Shown piece by piece: positions 44,449-52,824 of a DNA stretch of 64,000 nt. The position numbers and the translations under genes were made by a program. The notes under the pieces are model-generated. The model did no database searches and was not told the DNA's origin. It worked only from the letters and a program-made list of their open reading frames with translations. Source of the DNA: an uncultured Candidatus Saccharibacteria bacterium (GTDB lineage: Bacteria; Patescibacteriota; Saccharimonadia; Saccharimonadales; JACDBH01); the NCBI GenBank assembly GCA_965231105.1, contig OZ246417.1:704908-768907 (forward strand), in the 5' to 3' direction. How positions within the stretch are numbered: the first letter of the stretch is position 1; each line of letters starts with the position of its first letter.

Positions 44449-45627
44449 CTATAATTTTGTTTTAGATTTTGGCGTTGGTTCAGATGATTTTTTAGGTTCG
44501 CTCTTCTCGTTTACTGCAGGCGACTTAGGTTCGGGTAAGATGTCGTGCGGCTTCTCTTCTTTTTTAGGAGTCTCAGTCTTATCGCGACGTTTTTGTAAGG
44601 CAGAACCACCTACTAAGGCACCTACCCCCACGCCTATATAGCCGACGGTATACATAAGTAGTACGCGGCGAATATCCTTAAAGCTCACCTCTACAATGCC
44701 AGCTAAGAGCTCTCTTGTGGAGTCTGGTTTGCCTGCTTCGGTTGCGGCTTCAGTCGTAACGACCGTTTCTTGGGCCTTTGATTCAACGAAGTTAGCAACC
44801 GCTCCCAGAGCGGCGAAGGCTATCAACAAAATAACTCCGGTAGTGAGCAGTACGATTCCTACCCGTTTAACTCCAGCCAGGCGATCATGGCTTAAGAAAA
44901 TAACACCTAACGCTAAGACAAAGGCTGTTACTGCAAAAATAGCAGGTGCTTTAGTACTCAAGTTATATGCATCTCGTGATACTTGAGCTTGGGAAGATCC
45001 ACTCAAAGGGATAGTGGCGCCATTTTCATCTGTAACTTTGATATTGTCGGCAGTAATTACGGGGTTTTCTAGGAAGCCTTTTCCGGTAAGGATTTCGCTA
45101 CGAATCTTTTCGGCAACCTGGTCTGGCGATACGTTAGACGGTCGGCAACTTTCTGAAAACCCACTGAAGTCTTCAGGAATTTGATTGGGCGTACAGACCG
45201 GCAAGGAAGTTGCACGGGTTTTTACGTACTCAGCTAGCCCATCCGCAAGTTGTTGTTTTGCGGCCGTGAAGTCCATTCTAAACTCAAGATTTTCCGCGTC
45301 GCGCTCAAGCCAGCTGTACGTACCGTCTAAAAAGGTTTCAACATTCTGTTTAAGGAGGTCGGAGGTAAAGGCTTTGCGGACAGTTTCTCTAATTTGAGGG
45401 TCGTCAACCGGAATATCGCTCTGCCCTCCCTCTTTAGTAGATTCTTCAAGCTTTGTAATCGCAATATCAACGACCTTACTATAGGCGTCGCTCTTATCGA
45501 GCCAGCCCTTAATGGTTTGACGATTGCCAACAGTGGCTACTGCGACATGCGACCAGGCTAAACTAAAAAGGGATGCACTTAAAAGAGCAGCACATAAGCT
45601 AACAAATATTTTTCTTAAGAAATTCAT
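44449..45627 (-). CDS. Hypothetical membrane protein with a K/E/P-rich C-terminal tail
   Basis: Start at MNFLRKIFVSLCAALLSASLF (signal/TM). Three further TM spans near the C-terminus, then KRRDKTETPKKEEKP...KSKTKL. Confidence 0.55.
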   Translation of the reverse strand: MNFLRKIFVSLCAALLSASLFSLAWSHVAVATVGNRQTIKGWLDKSDAYSKVVDIAITKLEESTKEGGQSDIPVDDPQIRETVRKAFTSDLLKQNVETFLDGTYSWLERDAENLEFRMDFTAAKQQLADGLAEYVKTRATSLPVCTPNQIPEDFSGFSESCRPSNVSPDQVAEKIRSEILTGKGFLENPVITADNIKVTDENGATIPLSGSSQAQVSRDAYNLSTKAPAIFAVTAFVLALGVIFLSHDRLAGVKRVGIVLLTTGVILLIAFAALGAVANFVESKAQETVVTTEAATEAGKPDSTRELLAGIVEVSFKDIRRVLLMYTVGYIGVGVGALVGGSALQKRRDKTETPKKEEKPHDILPEPKSPAVNEKSEPKKSSEPTPKSKTKL

Positions 45628-45676
45628 AAGCCTTATTGTAGCACTCAAGCGAAGGGGCGGCTGGTACAATAGAAGG

Positions 45677-46084
45677 ATGGAAGAGAGTGTATTTACTAAA
45701 ATTATCAAGGGCGACATCCCTTCTCATAAGGTATATGAGGACGAAAAGACGCTTGCCTTTCTTGATATTCATCCTGTTATGCCCGGGCATGTTTTAGTGG
45801 TGCCTAAAAATCAGGTAGACCATGTCGATGATTTGCCGGAGGAAGATTATGCTGCCCTATTCTCAACGGTTAAAAAAGTAGCGGCTCAGGTAAAAAGTAA
45901 ACTCGGTGCCCAGCGCGCAGTTCTGCTGGTTATGGGGTATGATATTCCGCACGCTCACGTACATGTATTGCCCTCAAATTCAGGCAATGAGTTTTATACG
46001 GCAATAGGAAATATTAGAGAAGCTGCAGAGACAAATCCAGATCACAATAAGTTAGCCGAGATGGCAGAAAGGTTGAAATTTTAA
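45677..46084 (+). CDS. HIT-family nucleotide hydrolase
   Basis: Histidine triad HAHVHVLP and FLDIHPVMPGHVLVVPK. The start is at MEESVFTKII. Confidence 0.9.
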   Translation: MEESVFTKIIKGDIPSHKVYEDEKTLAFLDIHPVMPGHVLVVPKNQVDHVDDLPEEDYAALFSTVKKVAAQVKSKLGAQRAVLLVMGYDIPHAHVHVLPSNSGNEFYTAIGNIREAAETNPDHNKLAEMAERLKF

Positions 46085-46258
46085 ATGGGAAATGGAATTA
46101 TCGCGTTTTTAGTCGCAGTAAGCGCAGCGGCATGGGTATATGCAAAAACTATGCGTTCAAGTGGCAATAACACACAAAATGCGCTGATACTTGCAGGGGC
46201 GGCCGGTGCGTTTATATTTATCATCGTATTAATTCTTATTGGCCTCATTCCGGGCTAA
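46085..46258 (+). CDS. Small two-TM membrane protein (57 aa)
   Basis: Not in the ORF track. MGNGIIAFLVAVSAAAWVYAKTMRSSGNNTQNALILAGAAGAFIFIIVLILIGLIPG. The ATG abuts the HIT stop (TAAATG). Confidence 0.45.
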   Translation: MGNGIIAFLVAVSAAAWVYAKTMRSSGNNTQNALILAGAAGAFIFIIVLILIGLIPG

Positions 46259-46306
46259 CTAGCCATTTAATACCAATTTTGTCCTCCTTTCTGTTACTAT
46301 AAGGAT

Positions 46307-47146
46307 ATGGATGAGCAGAGTTTGGGTAGGCATCTGCAGGCTGCGCGCAAGCGTGCCGGTTTGACTCAGCAAGAGCTATGTCAGAAGGCGGACATTTCTT
46401 ATTCAACATTGGCTAAAATTGAACGAGGGGCAATCCGTGCGCCCTCTGTTTTTACAATTCAGCGCATCAGCGATGTTATAGGCGTCACCCTTGATGAGCT
46501 TATGGGAGTGGAGAGAGGGGCTAAAAAGCCAAAAGGTCGAAGTAAAACGGGTATTACCTTCGTTTATTTTGACATTAATGGCTGTTTGGTTCGCTTCTTT
46601 CACCGGGCTTTCGGCAAGCTAGCGCATGATAGCGGTGCTTCGGCAGATATCATTGAGACTACATTTTGGCACTATAACGATGAAGTATGTCGGGGTGAAA
46701 TGTCTCTGAGTGAGTTTAATAAGGTGTTTGCAGAACGGCTTGGTATGTCCACACTCGATTGGAAACAATATTACCTGCAGGCAGTAGATTCTATTCCTGA
46801 AATGCATGAACTAGCTGGTTGGGCATCTCAGCATTACAACATAGGTTTATTAAGTAATATCATGCCTGGGTTTATCGATGAAATGCAGCAGATCGGTCTT
46901 ATCCCTGCCCTACCCTACGCTACCGTCATTGACTCCTCGAGAGTAGGAGCTATTAAGCCCGAAAAGCAGATCTATGAGATAGCTCAAGAAAAGGCAGGAG
47001 TACCTGCAGAAGAGATTCTTCTCGTTGATGATTCCCGCACCAATCTTATGGCGGCCGAGCACCTTGGTTGGAAGGTGCTATGGTTTGACGATTTTCATCC
47101 CGATGAATCGGTTAAGCGTATTCGTGAATCACTCGAGCTCTCTTAG
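46307..47146 (+). CDS. Fusion protein: XRE-type helix-turn-helix domain + HAD-superfamily hydrolase
   Basis: N-terminus LQAARKRAGLTQQELCQKADISYSTLAKIERG. The C-terminal region has HAD motifs FDINGCL (motif I-like), LLSN, K-x, and LVDDSRTN. Confidence 0.7.
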   Translation: MDEQSLGRHLQAARKRAGLTQQELCQKADISYSTLAKIERGAIRAPSVFTIQRISDVIGVTLDELMGVERGAKKPKGRSKTGITFVYFDINGCLVRFFHRAFGKLAHDSGASADIIETTFWHYNDEVCRGEMSLSEFNKVFAERLGMSTLDWKQYYLQAVDSIPEMHELAGWASQHYNIGLLSNIMPGFIDEMQQIGLIPALPYATVIDSSRVGAIKPEKQIYEIAQEKAGVPAEEILLVDDSRTNLMAAEHLGWKVLWFDDFHPDESVKRIRESLELS

Positions 47147-47150
47147 GGGA

Positions 47151-49721
47151 CTACTGAGTAAGAGTAAAACTGTCAATTTCAGTGATGATCTGTTTTAGAC
47201 GAGCTTCGGCTTCTGTGAGCTGAGCCTTCGTTTCATTTACGAGTTTTTCTGGAGCATTCTGAACATAAGCCTTATTGCCTAATCTTGCTCGTAAGCGTTC
47301 GAGGTTTTCCGCCTCCAAAGTCTGCTTTTCTTCAAGCTTGGCTAAATAGTCTCGTGCAGTTTCTGAGTCGACTTCAAGCCATGCATCAATATCGACTGAA
47401 GTAAGGCGTAATCCTTCCCTCTCAGAGCCTCTCTCAACGCCTGTGAGCCGGGCTAAGCGCGTTATAAGGCCGCCATGCTCTAGGAACTTTGACTCGCCAA
47501 AACCGAGCACAGGCTTTTTGAGGCCTAAATTTGTCATCATGGTACGGATTTCGGTAACAATCTTCTGTACTTTCTCAAACTCACGTGCTTCCTTTATATC
47601 GCCATGAATAGAGGCTTCTGGCCAATGACTTTTAATGAGTAGGCTGTCACCCTCCCACTTAAGAGTTTGCCAGATTGTTTCGGTTACAAATGGTGCGAAG
47701 GGATGGGCAAGCTTTAACAAAGTTTCAAGTCCATATGCAAGCAGACTATGATTCGGTGTAATTTTATTGGCCTCAAGGTACCAATCAGCAAAGTCATCCC
47801 AAAGCGCGTGATAGAGCGTATCGTAGGCTTCGCCCAGACGATAACTATCTAAATCTTTCCCAATCTTCTCTGTAGCATGTTGTAACTTAGTCAACATCCA
47901 GTGATCGGCTATTGTCACTGCTTCAGGCTTGTGACGTTGTTCGAAATTATCCCCAATGGTGTCTTCGATATAGCGTGCAACGTTCCAAAGCTTATTGGCA
48001 AAGTTACGGGCCCCTACTAACTTGCTACGATCAAAAGGTCGGTTCTTGCCAGCGGATTCATCGGCAATAATACCCATACGGAATGCATCAGAGCCAAATT
48101 TCTCTACTTGCTCCATGGGGTTAATGACATTGCCTTTACTTTTACTCATTTTTTGACCATGCTCATCTTGAATGAGTCCATGAAGGTATACAGATTTAAA
48201 AGGCACTTCACCCGTAACATATAGGCCCATCATGATCATGCGAGATACCCAAGGGTAGAGAATGTCGGCTCCCGTTTCCATGAGGCTTAAAGGATAGAAC
48301 TGATCAAAGTCGGCCCCCTCAGGGTAATCGAGGGTGGCATAAGGCCAGCTTGAGCTACTAAACCACGTATCAAAAACATCCGGATCACGATAGTAGGTAC
48401 GCCCATTTACCTCTATTGTTTCTTGGTCAACGCGTTCGTCAAAGATCCAGTCACCTGTATCTTCAGGATTGCGAAAAGCGGGAATAGGTATGCCCCAAGC
48501 AATCTGACGAGAGATATTCCAATCCCGGAGACCTTCTAGATACGTAATAAGCTGTTGTTTCTTGCTTTGTGGCCTGAAATCAATAGCATCAGCCCGGAGG
48601 GCTTTAATAGCAGGTGCGGCTAAAGTCTTCATGTCTACGAACCATTGCTCCATAAGTAACGGTTCTATAACCGTGCCGCACTTATAGCAGTGCCCTACAC
48701 TATGCGTGTAGTCTTCAGTTTTGTGTAGGTACCCCTGTTCTTTTAGGTCTTTCACGACTACTTTTCTGGCCTCGCTAATATCAAGTCCCTGATAAGCATC
48801 GGGTACCTCATGGTTGAGTGTGCCATCATGATTAAGGATGTTAATCATTGGTAGAGAATGGCGTTGAGCTGCTTCAAAGTCATTGGGATCATGCGCAGGG
48901 GTAATCTTAACCGCGCCGGTACCAAACTCTTGTTCTACAAATTCGTCAGCAATGACCGGTATCTCTCTATTTGTAAGGGGTAAACGGACAGTTTTGCCAA
49001 CATATTTGGCATACTTTTTGCTATCTGGGTGTACGGCAACGGCCGTATCTCCCAGAAGTGTTTCCGGTCTGGTAGTGGCGACAATCACTTCCCCGCTGCC
49101 GTCGGTAAGCGGATAACGAATATGCCAGAGATGCCCTTTAACTTCTTTGTAGGATACCTCGATGTCTGCAAAGGCAGTACGGTGTTGGGTGCAGTAGTTA
49201 ACAAGACGTTCGCCTCTGTAGATAAGCCCGTCATCCCACATTTTCTTGAAAGTAGCATAAGCGCGTTTTACTATTTTCTGATCGAGCGTATAGGTGTAGC
49301 GGTTCCAGTCGACGCTGGCTCCGAGTCGACGGAACTGAGATTCATAATTATCCTTGTTCTGGGCAACAAACTCCCAAATCTGCCGGTAGAGCTCTTCCCT
49401 GTTAAAATCAAAACGACTCTTCCCTTGTTTTGCGAGCTCTTTCTCATACACTACTTGTGTCTCAAATCCAGCATGGTCTGCCCCTGGTAAAAGCAGACTC
49501 GCCTCCCCTTTCATTCGATGATACCGTACGGCAATGTCTTCAATAGCAAGAGTTAGACCATGCCCTAGGTGGAGATTCCCGTTCGCATTTGGGGGTGGCA
49601 CTACGATACTGAACGAACCTTTGTTACCCCTGTTGACGGGCTCAAAAGCCCCGCTCTTTTCCCACAGGTCATAAATATCAGATTCATATTGAGCTGGCTC
49701 ATAAGCCTTTGATAATTTCAT
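47151..49721 (-). CDS. valS: Valine--tRNA ligase
   Basis: HIGH-type PPPNANGNLHLGH, KMSKSKGN, editing-domain-length insert, C-terminal coiled coil. Confidence 0.95.
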   Translation of the reverse strand: MKLSKAYEPAQYESDIYDLWEKSGAFEPVNRGNKGSFSIVVPPPNANGNLHLGHGLTLAIEDIAVRYHRMKGEASLLLPGADHAGFETQVVYEKELAKQGKSRFDFNREELYRQIWEFVAQNKDNYESQFRRLGASVDWNRYTYTLDQKIVKRAYATFKKMWDDGLIYRGERLVNYCTQHRTAFADIEVSYKEVKGHLWHIRYPLTDGSGEVIVATTRPETLLGDTAVAVHPDSKKYAKYVGKTVRLPLTNREIPVIADEFVEQEFGTGAVKITPAHDPNDFEAAQRHSLPMINILNHDGTLNHEVPDAYQGLDISEARKVVVKDLKEQGYLHKTEDYTHSVGHCYKCGTVIEPLLMEQWFVDMKTLAAPAIKALRADAIDFRPQSKKQQLITYLEGLRDWNISRQIAWGIPIPAFRNPEDTGDWIFDERVDQETIEVNGRTYYRDPDVFDTWFSSSSWPYATLDYPEGADFDQFYPLSLMETGADILYPWVSRMIMMGLYVTGEVPFKSVYLHGLIQDEHGQKMSKSKGNVINPMEQVEKFGSDAFRMGIIADESAGKNRPFDRSKLVGARNFANKLWNVARYIEDTIGDNFEQRHKPEAVTIADHWMLTKLQHATEKIGKDLDSYRLGEAYDTLYHALWDDFADWYLEANKITPNHSLLAYGLETLLKLAHPFAPFVTETIWQTLKWEGDSLLIKSHWPEASIHGDIKEAREFEKVQKIVTEIRTMMTNLGLKKPVLGFGESKFLEHGGLITRLARLTGVERGSEREGLRLTSVDIDAWLEVDSETARDYLAKLEEKQTLEAENLERLRARLGNKAYVQNAPEKLVNETKAQLTEAEARLKQIITEIDSFTLTQ

Positions 49722-49766
49722 ACGGGGAATAATATCACTTTTACAGGGGAGATTCTATCTCTGATC

Positions 49767-49818
49767 TTTCACATGAAAAAAGCAACTTAATACAATACTC
49801 GACACATTTCACGTGAAG
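49767..49818. promoter_or_regulatory. Two TTCA-NN-TGAA palindromes upstream of valS (candidate operator pair)
   Basis: TTTCACATGAAA 49767-49778 and TTTCACGTGAAG 49807-49818, 40 bp centre to centre, 46-97 nt upstream of the valS start. Confidence 0.25.
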
Positions 49819-49949
49819 TACTGGTATTAAACTGCTTGTCCCACTCGTTTTGTCTTAAAAGTACTCCCCGAAGGGAAGGGCAAAACGTTTTTGTTTTCCT
49901 CTTAAGCATAAGCGTCTGAAACAAAGAAGTAAAGAGAACAAAAGCAGAA

Positions 49950-51017
49950 CTACATCGATAAATTGGGAGCGATTTCTAGAGAATGTGGATTTGCCATAGG
50001 CTGGTTATGCATAGCCTTGAAACACCCTAGAGTAGCGATCATAGCCCCATTATCGGTGCAGAGCTTAGGATCGGTGTATTGAATCTCGATAGGGAGACGA
50101 TCTTTCAACTGGCGTCTGAGTTCTGGGCTTGCTGCTACACCTCCTGCGATTACAACCGAAGCAGGGGAGAACTCTTCGTATGCCTGAATAGTCTTATCAA
50201 CTACCGTTTCCACGGCTATGCGTTGAAAGACGGCTGCAATATCTGCTTTCTGAGCTTCTGTGAGGGCCGCTGGCAGCTTTTGGGAAGGAAAAGTGAAGTC
50301 TTCCCCAATCATTTCCTGAGCGTGCCTTAGAACGGCTGTTTTAAGGCCCGAGAAAGAAAAATCATATTTTCCCTGCATCTTCGCCTTTGGAAGCGTGAAA
50401 GCTTGTGGGTTGCCCTCCTGGGCTTTCTTCCCAATGCTCGGACCACCGGGGTAGGCAAGGCCGAGAATTTTAGCGACCTTATCAAATGCTTCGCCGATAG
50501 CATCGTCCTGGGTTTGTCCGAGTAAGGTGTAGTCAAAGTGATCACGGAATAATACGAGCTGGCTATGCCCACCCGATACGATCAGGGCGAGGCAGGGGAA
50601 TTGAGGCGGGACGGTGGGCAAAATATAAGAGGGTAGGGAGGTTTGGGTTATGAAGTTGGCGTAGACGTGTCCCTCGACATGGTTAATAGCGTGCAATGGT
50701 TTTTCTTTGGTTATTGCGAGCGTACGGGCTGTCATGACCCCAACGAGCAGTGAACCGCCTAAACCGGCACCATACGTTACCGCAATACCGTCTATTTCCT
50801 TCCAGCTTAGATTAGCCTCGTCTAGAGACTGCTCTATAACAGGGATAATCGACTCAATATGACTGCGGGCGGCAATCTCCGGTACTACGCCTCCATATTG
50901 AGTGTGTAGATCCATAGAGCTAAAAACGGTATTCGAAAGCAGTCTTTCGCCATTCTCAACAATGCCGCATGCTGTTTCATCACAACTCGACTCAATGCCC
51001 AAAATTATCATGACCAT
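49950..51017 (-). CDS. tsaD: tRNA N6-adenosine threonylcarbamoyltransferase
   Basis: ILGIESSCDETACGIV, metal-binding HVEGH, SGGHS. Confidence 0.93.
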   Translation of the reverse strand: MVMIILGIESSCDETACGIVENGERLLSNTVFSSMDLHTQYGGVVPEIAARSHIESIIPVIEQSLDEANLSWKEIDGIAVTYGAGLGGSLLVGVMTARTLAITKEKPLHAINHVEGHVYANFITQTSLPSYILPTVPPQFPCLALIVSGGHSQLVLFRDHFDYTLLGQTQDDAIGEAFDKVAKILGLAYPGGPSIGKKAQEGNPQAFTLPKAKMQGKYDFSFSGLKTAVLRHAQEMIGEDFTFPSQKLPAALTEAQKADIAAVFQRIAVETVVDKTIQAYEEFSPASVVIAGGVAASPELRRQLKDRLPIEIQYTDPKLCTDNGAMIATLGCFKAMHNQPMANPHSLEIAPNLSM

Positions 51018-51041
51018 AGCATACCAGATGGTAAGCGAACA

Positions 51042-51070
51042 TTGACATTTTATGATTTATTTGATATAAA
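51042..51070 (+). promoter_or_regulatory. Strong sigma-70-type promoter TTGACA-17-TATAAA, 9 nt from ATG 51080
   Basis: Hexamers at 51042-51047 and 51065-51070. No SD between the -10 and the ATG, implying a leaderless or 2-3 nt leader. Confidence 0.5.
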
Positions 51071-51079
51071 TATATTCCT

Positions 51080-52138
51080 ATGAATGAGTTTTTGGGCGAA
51101 AAGCCACCAGTTGTAATGGGCGAAATTTACGGTGATCGTCAAGTATTTCGTGATGAACGAGGACGATTCATGAGTCGTGCTAACGTTCTTCGCATTATGG
51201 CTGATCAACTGAGTATTGAACCAGTTACTCCCACGCAGTCTGCAGCCGAAGCTGTTACTCCGGATGTTATGTCGGGTATTGAAACATTTGATGTTCCTGC
51301 TTCTCCAGAGGTAGCTGAGCAAGTTGATTACTATGCCTCAATGTCTGTTGAAGAATTGGCGGCCGATCTCGAAGCAGCGACAACAGAACCTGTATCTCTT
51401 TTTTCTGAGGAGCCAAGAGAACCAGTACTTGTTCGTGACAGTGCTGTACTCACGATTGGTAGCAATGAAGCAGCCAAGCCGAAGCGACTTACTCGTGTCA
51501 AAAACACTTTCTCTCGCTGGAATGATCGTGTTCGATCATTTTTACCAGAACCAAAGGTCCGTACTCAAGAAGAACAAAGAGCTATAGATAAGAAGCGCAA
51601 GCGAAGGGTAGATATAATTGCTGGGGCTGGCCTGCTCGTATCAAGCGGGATTCTTGTGTATGCGTGTGAGGATGTGGATCTCCATCCGACTGCCCCCACC
51701 CCCTCTACTATCTCGCCTTTAGAACAGCGCAGAAGGGAAGTATCTGAAGTCAGTCTGCCGCCTCCTCTTGAGCAGACTGCTCCTACAACAGGGTCAACAG
51801 TGGCTATGCCTCTCATGACTCTTAATGAGGTATTTACACTTACAAGCGATCCACAACCGGTTCGAGAGGAAGTTTCCGTTTCTACGCCTCCAACTCCTGA
51901 GATCATACTTAATAAAGACGCTTTACCATCTGCTAACTTAGAGAACATTGGTATTGCAGGTGCAGATAATCAGACGCCACTATTACAGCAAGCTCTTGAT
52001 ATATACAACGCCGCCCATCCAGAAAGTTTCTTTATCATGGTAGACGGTAAGTTTTATAGTGATAGTCGCATGATGTATGCGGGGGCTGAGCTACAAGCCT
52101 TCAACCAAATCCTTGAAGAACTTGTAAACGCTGACTAA
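51080..52138 (+). CDS. Hypothetical protein with a central TM helix
   Basis: IIAGAGLLVSSGILVYA TM preceded by KKRKRR. P/T/S-rich linker. No domain recognised. Confidence 0.55.
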   Translation: MNEFLGEKPPVVMGEIYGDRQVFRDERGRFMSRANVLRIMADQLSIEPVTPTQSAAEAVTPDVMSGIETFDVPASPEVAEQVDYYASMSVEELAADLEAATTEPVSLFSEEPREPVLVRDSAVLTIGSNEAAKPKRLTRVKNTFSRWNDRVRSFLPEPKVRTQEEQRAIDKKRKRRVDIIAGAGLLVSSGILVYACEDVDLHPTAPTPSTISPLEQRRREVSEVSLPPPLEQTAPTTGSTVAMPLMTLNEVFTLTSDPQPVREEVSVSTPPTPEIILNKDALPSANLENIGIAGADNQTPLLQQALDIYNAAHPESFFIMVDGKFYSDSRMMYAGAELQAFNQILEELVNAD

Positions 52139-52147
52139 GCGCACATA

Positions 52148-52176
52148 TTGATTTTTTAAAGCGTTTATGGTATTAT
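52148..52176 (+). promoter_or_regulatory. Sigma-70-type promoter TTGATT-17-TATTAT, 6 nt from ATG 52183 (leaderless configuration)
   Basis: Hexamers at 52148-52153 and 52171-52176 with an exact 17-nt spacer. Confidence 0.5.
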
Positions 52177-52182
52177 ACAGAT

Positions 52183-52782
52183 ATGTCGGAAGCTTATAAA
52201 CCATCGCGCCCGGAACATCCCTCCGAACGTCTTTCGCAGGAAGCCCTTAATCAATATGCGCAAAGTTTACGAGCTTTTTGTGGTGACGCTTATCGAGCAC
52301 TCGCGAGCGATCCGGAACTATCCCAGGCAATCAACGAGGCTAACGCAGTAAGAATTAGACTTGTCCACGGTATGCCTAAGGAACGGTTCTCGCTCATTAA
52401 GATTGATGATACCGTACTGCCAGAGGTAACATTGTTCGCACCCAAGAATGAATTAGTGGGACGGTTCTTGGAGCTGCGTAAAGAAACCCCTGATGCACCG
52501 GAAATCCAGAGTGTTTTGGCGGGCACTACCTCACAAGCAGGTACTTTAGGAGGCAATCTTATAAAGTTCATGCCAGACGATACATTGCGTGTCGAAGCAT
52601 ACTCCGCTTTTGATGCTATGGATGATGAAGAGCATCCATGGTCGGGCATGGATGCATATGAAACGTGGTCCGAACCAATAGGCCGCCTCAAGCCTCATGA
52701 ACTTAATGCGCTTATCGCACATACTAGTGGCGTGCTTGAGCAATTGTGGGATCAGAGCGCGCCCACACCTCCGTCTGTATAG
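52183..52782 (+). CDS. Hypothetical cytoplasmic protein (199 aa)
   Basis: Clean ORF downstream of a good promoter. No domain recognised. Confidence 0.55.
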   Translation: MSEAYKPSRPEHPSERLSQEALNQYAQSLRAFCGDAYRALASDPELSQAINEANAVRIRLVHGMPKERFSLIKIDDTVLPEVTLFAPKNELVGRFLELRKETPDAPEIQSVLAGTTSQAGTLGGNLIKFMPDDTLRVEAYSAFDAMDDEEHPWSGMDAYETWSEPIGRLKPHELNALIAHTSGVLEQLWDQSAPTPPSV

Positions 52783-52824
52783 GCTTATGTTTTAGTCTCT
52801 CCAGCGGGTGTACAATAAGGGACG

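Noticed and set aside
49722-49949. T-box riboswitch upstream of valS
   Set aside because: I could not find the conserved T-box sequence, an AGAGA/GNUGGA-type element or a specifier-loop arrangement on the minus strand. The lineage is also not one where T-boxes are expected. A covariance-model scan is needed to be sure.
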